From a virus (Duplodnaviria; Caudoviricetes): a DNA stretch of 64,000 nucleotides. The translations under genes and the position numbers were made by a program. The notes under the pieces are model-generated. The model saw only the letters and a list, made by a program, of their open reading frames with translations, made no database searches and was not told the origin of the DNA. This document shows, piece by piece, positions 9,901 to 16,164 of this stretch (the first letter of the stretch is position 1; each line of letters begins with the position of its first letter). Location: IMG/VR virus record IMGVR_UViG_2773857766_000004, positions 52,292 to 116,291 of that record; one strand, given 5' to 3'.

Positions 9901-12523
9901 TGATCCCGCCCAGCCCCGTCCAGCCCTTCTCGTAGTTTCCGAGGTAGGTGCTGCGGGCCTCGGCCTCATCGGCCGCGCCCATCACCACCTTGTGCTCGTC
10001 GAATGAACCATCCTTGTTCACCTGGTCCACCACGAACACCGGCAGGGCCGAGTCTTCGGCGCGATCGGTCATGAACACGTCCACGTGGTCCTTGTCCGCA
10101 CCCTTGGTCCCCTTGATGTAGCCGTAATGGTTCTGCAGGGGAGGCCATTCAGGCCGGCGGCGCGTGCCGGCCGGATTCTCGATGCTGATGTCGTGACCGT
10201 TGATGCGAGCGTGGCCCTTCCGATAGTTGCCGGCCAGCTTCTGGGCCTCGGTCGGCTCGGGCAGGTCGTTGCTCAGGCTGGTGGCCGCCTCTTGCGCCGC
10301 GGCTTGCGCCACAGTGGGCGCAGATACCGGAGCAGCAGCTGCGCGCGCGGCACGGGCGCTGGTGCCAGCAGCCTTCGGCGGCACCCTCGCCTCGGCGGCA
10401 GCCGGCACCGGCTGGGCGTCCAGCGGAGGGAACGTGGTGCCGCGCGCCATGGCGACGGGTGCTGCAGGTGCTGGCGCCGGCGCGGCGGCGGCCTCCTGCA
10501 CAGGCGCGATCAGGTCGGCAATTTTGCGCTTCAGATCGCTGTTCAGGTTCTCCCACTTGGCGCCCGCCAGGTTCTTCTGCAGGACGGGCTTGAGGCCCTT
10601 CAGTTGCTCGGCAACCACCTGGCGCTGGACGGTAGGCAATCGGGTCCAGGTCTGGCCGGCGGCATCGATGCGCTGGGCGCGCTGGTCCTTGCTTTCCGGC
10701 GCTGCTTGCGCGCCTGCCGCTGTCTTTGCTTGCGCTCCAGCGTCCGCAGTCGTGGTGCCGCCATTGATCAGTGTCCCTTGCGCTGGTGCGCCAGCAGCGG
10801 CGACGGCCGGAGCCTGCGCTGCTGCTGGTGGTTGGGTGCTCGCTGGTTGGGCTTGGGGGCCATCGGTGGTTCCTTTCACGGGGGTGGATTGCTCGGCGGC
10901 GCGGGCAGCCTTGCGGCGCGACAGCTCCTGCGCCAGCTTGATGCGCACGTCGCGGCCCTGGGCGCCGCGGAAGACTTCCGACAGCTGCGCGTCGCTCCAG
11001 TTGGCCACGTCATCGGAACCGGGGATCTCGCCCGTTTCCGGATCCGCGCCAAGAGGTGACCGCGCCGGCTGCTCCTGTTTCTGGGCCTTGCCGCTCTTCT
11101 CGCCGGCCTCGGCCGCCTGTGCCAACGCGGCGGCCTGCTGCATCTGGTCGGAGACGCCGGTATCCACCGCCATGGCGGCGCCGGTCGAAAGCGGGCCGTC
11201 GGCGGGGTTGATCCCCATGCGCACGGAGCGCGGCACCTGGGCGCCCGTGGACTGGTAGATCTCGTCGTCCGGGCTCTCCACCGCGCGCGAGGCCTCCATG
11301 TCGGCCTGGCGCTGCGCCGCGGCGGCGGCGCGCTGCTCGGCCAGGGCGGCGGCCCCGTCCGGCGGTGCAGACTGGGGCCCGAGCACCTCGCCCTGTTCCT
11401 GCTCCTGCAGCATGCGTAGCTGCTCGGCGAAGGCCTCGCTCACCCGCTCAAGCCCGGGATTGCGCGCCGGGGCCTCTGCCGCCGGCTCGTCGCCAGCGGG
11501 CCGGGCCGCGGCGGGATCGCCCTCGCCGACCGCGGCCGCGCGCGGCCGCGCCGCGGCATGGTAGCCAGCAGCACCAGCCCCCATCGCCCCACCGGACAGG
11601 GCGCCCAGCACGATGGCCGAGTCCACCTGGTCGTACCAGGGCTTGTCGAGCGCGACGTTCTGGAAGATCTGTTCGGCCACGGACTGCGGCAGTTCCTCCA
11701 GCAGGCCCTCGGCGATCGCGCCCTCGATCACGTGCCGCGGGATGCTCTTCACGGCCTGCTGCTGCAGCGGGTTCACGGCGGCGCCGGCCGCCTCGTCGGC
11801 GAACTGGCGAGCCATGCCGCTCCGCCCCTGCGCCAGCATCGTCTCGGCGTCGCCGATGCCCAGGCGCTGCGCGATCCGGCCGCCCACCGCACCGACGGCG
11901 CCCCCCACAGCCCCGGTCGCGGCGGCCAGCCCGGCCTGGCTCGGGGTCAGCAGCCCATCCGGGGTTTCCTGGCGGATCTGCTCGGCCTGCGAGCCGGCCA
12001 TGGTCAGCCCTTCACCGGCAGCCCCGGCGAGCGCGGCGCCCTTGGCCCCCATCTGCCCCAGGCGCGTTGCAGCCAGGAGCCCCCGGCCAATCGCCCCGCC
12101 ACCGATCATGGTGGGGATCGACTCGCCAACGCTGGCGACCACCAGACTGGGGTTCTGCACGGCCGTGACCGCCTTGTCCACGATACCGTCGGCTTCTTGG
12201 AACTTCCGCTGGGCTTCCTTGGTGGCGTCGGAGTGCCAGTCGTTGACGATCTCACGCGTCTGCTTGGGACGGAACCCGACAGCGCCGCCTTCGTTCTCGA
12301 GGAACTTGCCCACGCGGCCACCGGTGAGGATGTCCGCGAGGCCCACCGCGGCCTCGGGAATCGCGATGGCGCCCTTCACTGCGGTAGCGGCGATGTCCTG
12401 GCCCCAGCCTTTGAGCCCGCGCTTCGGCTCTTCGCCATCCAATGCTCCAGAGAACGGCTGTAGCGTGCCGGACGATGGTGCATCAAGAACTCCATCGAAG
12501 GGCTTCAGATTTTGGTCTTCCAT
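3950..12523 (-). CDS. Giant PLxRFG-domain polyvalent ejection protein, intein-containing
   Basis: 2857 aa; PLSRFG at 6956-6973; HEVAGHH zincin motif near 8800; pyrophosphatase-like ISIENP..HYGYI..GADKDHVDV; MuF-C/PBECR-like domain. Confidence 0.88.
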   Translation of the reverse strand: MEDQNLKPFDGVLDAPSSGTLQPFSGALDGEEPKRGLKGWGQDIAATAVKGAIAIPEAAVGLADILTGGRVGKFLENEGGAVGFRPKQTREIVNDWHSDATKEAQRKFQEADGIVDKAVTAVQNPSLVVASVGESIPTMIGGGAIGRGLLAATRLGQMGAKGAALAGAAGEGLTMAGSQAEQIRQETPDGLLTPSQAGLAAATGAVGGAVGAVGGRIAQRLGIGDAETMLAQGRSGMARQFADEAAGAAVNPLQQQAVKSIPRHVIEGAIAEGLLEELPQSVAEQIFQNVALDKPWYDQVDSAIVLGALSGGAMGAGAAGYHAAARPRAAAVGEGDPAAARPAGDEPAAEAPARNPGLERVSEAFAEQLRMLQEQEQGEVLGPQSAPPDGAAALAEQRAAAAAQRQADMEASRAVESPDDEIYQSTGAQVPRSVRMGINPADGPLSTGAAMAVDTGVSDQMQQAAALAQAAEAGEKSGKAQKQEQPARSPLGADPETGEIPGSDDVANWSDAQLSEVFRGAQGRDVRIKLAQELSRRKAARAAEQSTPVKGTTDGPQAQPASTQPPAAAQAPAVAAAGAPAQGTLINGGTTTADAGAQAKTAAGAQAAPESKDQRAQRIDAAGQTWTRLPTVQRQVVAEQLKGLKPVLQKNLAGAKWENLNSDLKRKIADLIAPVQEAAAAPAPAPAAPVAMARGTTFPPLDAQPVPAAAEARVPPKAAGTSARAARAAAAPVSAPTVAQAAAQEAATSLSNDLPEPTEAQKLAGNYRKGHARINGHDISIENPAGTRRRPEWPPLQNHYGYIKGTKGADKDHVDVFMTDRAEDSALPVFVVDQVNKDGSFDEHKVVMGAADEAEARSTYLGNYEKGWTGLGGITQMTQDEFKDWVRDPAKTVKPAAAPAAGDALPTAAAEEAGPAPDKDAETAPAPAPALPASESASAAPPAPPAAAETVPQRMKRAKAEKAAAPATPAAAGEASPAAKPKTVPEKMKDAKAKRESKAVREAREAEERRAAYFAPGNVVRGYGGGFDRVVSYQPADADGRWSVTVREVQKDGSGAWADKAGAVERTHGTEPSKVNYATGPAGRMEVDPAPAPAAASHEPSAPARNRDNARKRGPAESEPLFRRYAQDDLGAGMAAELLRIMGKGDGFSPEARLQAVESIRATVSPIVAAWQNAPEVVVAYDLNDPIIPQRVRDADTRQRSGGAHGAPEGFYFGGKAYLMASRLTTPEDAARVLYHEVAGHHGLRGLFGPELDKILNQVATMRRADVDAKMAEYGMRGVDRISRARAAEEVLAEMAEKNPQLSFVQRAVAAIRNFLREHVPGFGSLRLRDADIIQAYILPARNWVERAAAARERGMGSAAMQYSLAQDEARSGFAAEVRAAITAGLNNDERALRAQVPLGIETPAALEALGVVRKPVVTNRNLLAKMHFEHGVPRADLERLGELLSNPVMVFKSDTQPGRMVVVTSLVVRGNPVVVAVDPNGASNRAEVVYVPSAYPKDNADRTFTRWIRDGLLQFANKKESRQLATTARLQLPGVVQRVSGFRANYKTEADLPQTGAGPDVMFSRERIAALKDSALDQITQTMSHPGKVSLWDKTIGTMRHLAERAPAFKPVFESAQRFIDDVSMLGNDAADMAPRLLPRVDSWRDLTKKPITAADNKAVARPLFEGTLMWARDIDGTPVLLDDLTAKYQNLPADQKAQLLLRGGRLDPKILTAWQGLPVGMYEANVNTSFNSRVLKAGVVWSQKELETMFGLDANQVSLYQEGRAAIDRSIDMTARADMLRSLGDEYAGMRDAVLAQETLDDAVELLTRTLMDDARDRPEWSERLMKLNNAVVKAQERAQQLMDEGYAPLSRFGRYTVDVVDAAGDRQYFGMFETKADSNRMKAEMEKQFPGATVTQGTMSQDAFKLFAGVTPESLEMFGSMLGLDGKGDDPKDKAFQAYLQLAKNNHSALKRLIHRKGVAGYSEDVGRVLASFVYSNARLGAGGLNAGTMESAINAIPKEQGELKDLAMGLRDYIANPQEEGQAVRGMLFAQYLGGSVASAAVNMMQPFQITMPWLSQFGGMRKAGAQMARALKDMSRKGFQYEPDLAAAMQSAEEDGVVSPQEIHQLMSQARGTGSLRTGDGTKVGDARAAVANNWERVKVAWGQPFALAEQFNRRSTFIAAYRMAKEQGMAEPSNFARKAVLETQFVYSKANKPRFARGAVGGALFCVDDTTEALTQRGWVGPDHLVPGDMLASFDMTTERLIWAPMASVHIFDHDGEMVHAKSKTLDMLMTPDHRVVHYKRKRTKGAQRGTTHWELGVAEAQDIPASHRVQIPTAAPFDHLPTGEPITDAQARVLGWVVTEGWFTKKNRGREEWGGALKLYQNEGRTADLIRADLDAAGLEYTETTWNYVGGNAAHIRFNIKKSSAAVLRKMLPGKQLTPALLMRMTKAQIELLVDRMIEGDGSESAAGQRCLIQNPGQTLETFQMALTILGKSFRVSKHGPSCRKVLIRESQRTENGRYSVKESERVRYTGRVWCPIVPGTSTWVARRNGMPFITHNTFKTYSVSYLELMHRMWTQGGPEGKRAVGWAIAMLLLMSGAGGLPFMEDAEDLIDGAAQMMGYNLSSKQWRKQLLADVMGKEIADFVEQGVSGLPGAPVDVSGRMGLGNLLPGTGLLLSKQNRERDLLEVAGPAGDLIARGFTAGRKLLTGDAGGAALEVAPTAVRNAVKGVDMAATGIYKDKKGYKVIDTTLAEAGAKFLGFQPKSVAEVQEANSFMQRTKTFYTQTSSEIKAQWADALFRKDDAALAEARERLADWNRNNPEQPIVVKMPDVWKRVREMGKDRTQRIADTAPKALRQQMREAAREAGQAPA
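4892..5890 (-). mobile_element. Intein (333 aa) with LAGLIDADG homing endonuclease
   Basis: GALF|CVDDTTEALTQRGW ... TPDHRV (block B) ... LGWVVTEG and MIEGDGS ... VWCPIV..TWVARRNGMPFITHN|TFKTY: Cys1, terminal His-Asn, +1 Thr; 999 nt in frame. Confidence 0.93.
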
Positions 12524-12529
12524 CCCTCC

Positions 12530-12567
12530 ACTGTCCGCGCTACGGGGCGGAGTGGCGAGCCCTATAC
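12530..12567 (-). promoter_or_regulatory. Putative late promoter 3
   Basis: GTATAGGGC-TCGCCA-N17-GACAGT, ATG 6 nt downstream. Confidence 0.7.
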
Positions 12568-12724
12568 GGTGCGAAGGAGCCGATACCGCTCATGTCGTGC
12601 TCCTGTAACGGGAGCAGGTCGGCAGGCTTGGCACGGGGCCCAGGCGCAACATGTCGCACTTCTTGCAATGTCTTCGCGGACGTGTATATACACCGCGCGA
12701 AAATTAGCGGTACTATTGCATCCC

Positions 12725-13024
12725 ATGAAGAACTTAGAAATCTCTGGAGGCGTACTTGACAAATTGGCAAACAAGCATCAAGTAGAGAGGAAAGAGGTAG
12801 AGCAGTGCTTCAGGAACATCAATGGCCCGCTGCTCATCGATAACAGGGAAGACCACAGGACCAATCCTCCGACGCTGTGGTTTCTGAGCTATACCAACAA
12901 GGGCCGTTTACTCAAGATCGCGTATATACAAAGAGGCTCAACGATCCATCTGAGGACGTGCTATGAGCCCAACCAAAACGAGATCAGCATTTACACGAGT
13001 CACACCAAACGGAGAGTCAAATGA
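12725..13024 (+). CDS. BrnT-like (RelE superfamily) toxin
   Basis: 99 aa from ATG 12725; KLANKHQVERKEVEQCF...TNKGRLLKI...LRTCYEP; overlaps an RHH gene; lower GC. Confidence 0.7.
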   Translation: MKNLEISGGVLDKLANKHQVERKEVEQCFRNINGPLLIDNREDHRTNPPTLWFLSYTNKGRLLKIAYIQRGSTIHLRTCYEPNQNEISIYTSHTKRRVK

Positions 13025-13344
13025 ACAAGTTCGCAGGCACTGATGAAGCATGGGAGGAGCGCCAACTGGGCGCTGACGCCGACCACGCAGAGGTGGCCGG
13101 TGCGGAGCATATGGCAGCGCTGGACGAGGCGATGGGCATGCAGTCCATCTCGATCCGACTGCCCAAAGGAATGATCGACGCATACAAGCTGATCGGCGCT
13201 CACCATGGCGTCGGGTACCAGCCTCTGATGCGAGACATCCTGCAACGCTTCATCCCTGAAGGGTTGAAGGAAGTGCTGGACCACCACCAGCAAAAGGCCA
13301 CACAAGCAGAAGGCCGCATTGAGGAGCTGCGGAAGGCGGCCTGA
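13021..13344 (+). CDS. BrnA/CopG-like RHH antitoxin
   Basis: SISIRLPKGMIDAYK...GVGYQPLMRDIL; ATGA overlap with the toxin. Confidence 0.75.
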   Translation: MNKFAGTDEAWEERQLGADADHAEVAGAEHMAALDEAMGMQSISIRLPKGMIDAYKLIGAHHGVGYQPLMRDILQRFIPEGLKEVLDHHQQKATQAEGRIEELRKAA

Positions 13345-13362
13345 TGCCGTACCTTGCCCCAG

Positions 13363-13388
13363 AAGGCCCGCTTCGCGCGGGCCTTTTT
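13363..13388 (+). terminator. Intrinsic terminator after TA operon
   Basis: AAGGCCCGC-TTCGC-GCGGGCCTT followed by T run. Confidence 0.7.
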
Positions 13389-13536
13389 CATGGTCGAATA
13401 ACCGAACGGTAATTGCTCCACGATAACGGGGGCTGTGCCCGCACCTGCCTCAGTGCGCCGGCCTCTTACCCTCCCAGCATAGGAGGGCCCCATGAACGAG
13501 AAGACCATCGCCACCCTCTTGCTTCCGGCCGCCTCC

Positions 13537-13611
13537 GTCGCCTGCATCCTGGACAAGGCCCCAGACGTGGCGAACGACACGGCAGCGCGGGCGGTCTACC
13601 ATCTGAGCCAG
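13537..13611 (+). pseudogene. Fragment paralogous to the 15811-16161 moron gene
   Basis: VACILDKAPDVANDTAARAVYHLSQ versus MATCILDKAPGVANDTAALAVYQLCQ; similarity then stops. Confidence 0.75.
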
Positions 13612-13706
13612 CCGTCACGGCCCTGGCCTGCCAATTCCTAAAGTGCCCTCTGCACCTGCGCCCGCGAAGGGGAACGCCCTGCTACATTCCTGCGGGGAGG
13701 TACACC

Positions 13707-13790
13707 ATGGACGGCTTCATCAACAACATCTGGACCGGCCGCGCCGGGCTTGCGAAGACCTACTGGGGCTATGGGTTCCTGGGCGGGCTG
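13707..13790 (+). pseudogene. Probable truncated 5' end of a membrane-protein moron
   Basis: TGCTACATT extended -10, GGAGG RBS, MDGFINNIWTGRAGLAKTYWGYGFLGG, then runs into the antisense of ant. Confidence 0.4.
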
Positions 13791-13813
13791 GAGAGCCCCG
13801 TACCGACCCTTGA

Positions 13814-14764
13814 TCAAGCCCGCCGAGGCGCCGGCAGAATCTCCATAAAGCCTGGTTCCTGCATCCCAGCCACAGGGCAGCGGCCACGCAGGGCTCGCAG
13901 AATGCCAACCAGATCCGCGGCTTGGTCGCTCATGGGGTGAAACAGCATACCAAGTCGGTCGAGGCGGGTCGTGATGGCTTCCTGCTGCGCCCTTGACACA
14001 GGAGATCGCAAGCCGCACTTCGACAGCACGGCGTTGACCAGCGGCATGAAGACTTCCACCGGCGTGCCGTTTGGCCCTTCCACCTGCCTCACCATTCGGG
14101 CAACCTGCTCGTTCAGCGCACCAGAGGACGGCGCTTCGTCCACCAGATCCCATTCGGCCGTGTGCCGCGCTACGATAGACAGCGCCTCAGTGAACTCGCT
14201 GCGCGGAATCTGCCTGTACGACACATGGAAGTGTGCCTTGAGCTTGCTCCACCCCTTCACCATGGCCGCAGCCCGCTTGTGCTTCGGAAGCCGGTCAACC
14301 GCCGTGGTCAGCATCAGCCGCAGGGCTTCCGCCTCCTCGCCCGTCAGCACGTCGCCCGGGCTGACCGAGTACAGCGCCCGCGGGTTGACAGCGATGCCCT
14401 CGTTCCAGTAGTGCCAGAGAGCGTCATCGCACTCGTTCTGGTACTGAATGACGCGGGCGCGGACTTGGGGGCTCTTGACCTTGCCCGGCTCGATGGTGGT
14501 CAGCCATGCCGCCGTCTTCCGCACAGGCAAGCAAGTCATGGCCTGCTCGCCACCGGCCGAAGGTATTGTCAAGTTGACAATACCCCAGCGCGACTCGTTG
14601 GCCGCCACCTTGCGGAACTGGCTCCCCCAGTCCAGCCCCATGGCCGCGACGATCGGCTTCATGGGTGTGTACGGCTGCCCGTTGTTCTCCACGACATACA
14701 GGTCAGCGCCATGGAAGGGGACGGTGATTGCGCGGCCGGCCGCGACTTGCGTAGAATTCGACAT
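13814..14764 (-). CDS. ant: P22-type antirepressor (AR N-terminal domain)
   Basis: AITVPFHGADLYVVENNGQPYTPMKPIVAAMGLDW..Q and QYQNECDDALWHYW; likely start MSNSTQ. Confidence 0.85.
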   Translation of the reverse strand: MSNSTQVAAGRAITVPFHGADLYVVENNGQPYTPMKPIVAAMGLDWGSQFRKVAANESRWGIVNLTIPSAGGEQAMTCLPVRKTAAWLTTIEPGKVKSPQVRARVIQYQNECDDALWHYWNEGIAVNPRALYSVSPGDVLTGEEAEALRLMLTTAVDRLPKHKRAAAMVKGWSKLKAHFHVSYRQIPRSEFTEALSIVARHTAEWDLVDEAPSSGALNEQVARMVRQVEGPNGTPVEVFMPLVNAVLSKCGLRSPVSRAQQEAITTRLDRLGMLFHPMSDQAADLVGILRALRGRCPVAGMQEPGFMEILPAPRRA

Positions 14765-14840
14765 GTTGAATCCTTCTGTCAGAGGTTGGGTTTGGACACT
14801 CGACGCCCCGGTTGCTGCAACTTCCGGGGCGTTTCCTTTT

Positions 14841-15020
14841 TCAGGCCGTCTTGGCATGCTGGGCCTCCTGGGCCTCCTGGGCCTCTTTGGCCTGTGCCAA
14901 AAACTTGTTGACCAGCCAGTTCATTGAGCGGTCCTGCTCCTTCGCCTGGGCCTTGATCCATTCATGGACCTGGGTTTGCAGCCGGACCTTCAGTTGCTCA
15001 CCCGCTTGAGTTGATTTCAT
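14841..15020 (-). CDS. Arc-like RHH repressor (59 aa, not in ORF track)
   Basis: MKSTQAGEQLKVRLQTQVHEWIKAQAKEQDRSMNWLVNKFL; upstream of ant as in P22 immI. Confidence 0.75.
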   Translation of the reverse strand: MKSTQAGEQLKVRLQTQVHEWIKAQAKEQDRSMNWLVNKFLAQAKEAQEAQEAQHAKTA

Positions 15021-15031
15021 GGCTCCCTTTC

Positions 15032-15101
15032 ATGAACCTATTAGGTCCACGCAGCCAATGTACCTTTTAGGTCCATTGTCGTCAACACCTATTTGGCCCA
15101 T
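15032..15101. promoter_or_regulatory. immI-like control region: three operators and leftward promoter
   Basis: ATGAACCTATTAGGTCCAC (15032), ATGTACCTTTTAGGTCCAT (15058), CAACACCTATTTGGCCCAT (15083); minus-strand TTGACG-N17-TACATT. Confidence 0.72.
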
Positions 15102-15113
15102 CATCCGCACCCG

Positions 15114-15650
15114 ATGAAGCAGACCGACCCGCAGTACAAACTCCGAATCCCTCCGGACCTGAAGGAGCAAATCGAGACCGCCGCAAAGGAGTCAGGCCGC
15201 TCCATGAACGCCGAAATCGTGGCGCGTCTGGAGGATTCATTTGCTGCGCGAAACGACGGAACCGTGTTGGCAGCCATGGACGTGGTGCGCAGGGAGTGGG
15301 AGCTAAGTGCGACCGTCAACCGGCTTGAATTCACGCTCCGTGGCTACCAGGATCAGTTGAGCTTTTTGCGTCAACGGATGGCGCGGGAACGGAGGCTGCT
15401 GAAGAACCTTCAGGAGGTTCGCGACCAAGCCCGGCAACGAGGTGACCTCGCCCAGGTTGAGCACATCCAGGCCGAAATCGATGAGAACGAGGAGTGGATG
15501 AAGGCTTCAGAGGTCGAGTTGAAGCAACTCGAGGACGTCATCACTGCAATGAAACGGCAGCTGGTGGACGTCATGCATGCAGCGGTGAAAGCTGGAGATG
15601 AACAGCTGAAAGCCGTGACGCCGGTAGATCCTGCGCCGCCACGCAAGTAG
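15114..15650 (+). CDS. Arc/Mnt-family DNA-binding protein with coiled-coil C-terminus
   Basis: MKQTDPQYKLRIPPDLKEQIETAAKESGRSMNAEIVARLEDSF; divergent from arc-ant. Confidence 0.82.
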   Translation: MKQTDPQYKLRIPPDLKEQIETAAKESGRSMNAEIVARLEDSFAARNDGTVLAAMDVVRREWELSATVNRLEFTLRGYQDQLSFLRQRMARERRLLKNLQEVRDQARQRGDLAQVEHIQAEIDENEEWMKASEVELKQLEDVITAMKRQLVDVMHAAVKAGDEQLKAVTPVDPAPPRK

Positions 15651-15810
15651 CGTCGCGCGGCGCTGAGCTGCGTGGTCATGGCGACCATGAAGCCGCCCGC
15701 CAGCCACCCAGGGTCTGGCTCGGGCACGCCCATCGAACTGTTCTGACCGCTCCAGACATTCCAGGTGCGCACTGGTAAGAACGGAGCGCCGCTCTGCTAC
15801 ATTGCCCTCC

Positions 15811-16161
15811 ATGCGCCGAGTCATCGTCCTAACCGCCCTACTCTGCACCCAGTCGGCGTGGGCGTCCAACATGGCCACCTGCATCTTGGACAAGGCCCCA
15901 GGCGTCGCAAACGACACGGCCGCCCTGGCGGTCTACCAACTCTGCCAGTCGGAGAACCCTGGGGGCTTCGATGCTGTGCCCCAAGGCTCGGCCCGCGGCC
16001 TATTTGGGTTCAAGTCTGGCGCCGAGTGCACGTCCAAGAAGGCCGCGGCCACCCGAAGCAACAGAGCCGCCGTCTTCGTTGGTGTTGCTTGCCGGAAGCT
16101 GTATGACGATGCACCTGAAGGCTTCAGGCCATTCAGCGGCAAGCTCGACCACGAACGCTAG
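15811..16161 (+). CDS. Secreted four-cysteine moron protein (VF_A0006-like), candidate superinfection exclusion
   Basis: Signal peptide MRRVIVLTALLCTQSAWA; four Cys in mature part; ends GFRPFSGKLDHER; TGCTACATT extended -10 seven nt before ATG. Confidence 0.7.
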   Translation: MRRVIVLTALLCTQSAWASNMATCILDKAPGVANDTAALAVYQLCQSENPGGFDAVPQGSARGLFGFKSGAECTSKKAAATRSNRAAVFVGVACRKLYDDAPEGFRPFSGKLDHER

Positions 16162-16164
16162 ACC

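Noticed and set aside
14861-14896. Short GGGCCTCCT tandem repeat
   Set aside because: Encodes EAQEAQEAQ in the arc-like C-terminus; no evidence of a separate function
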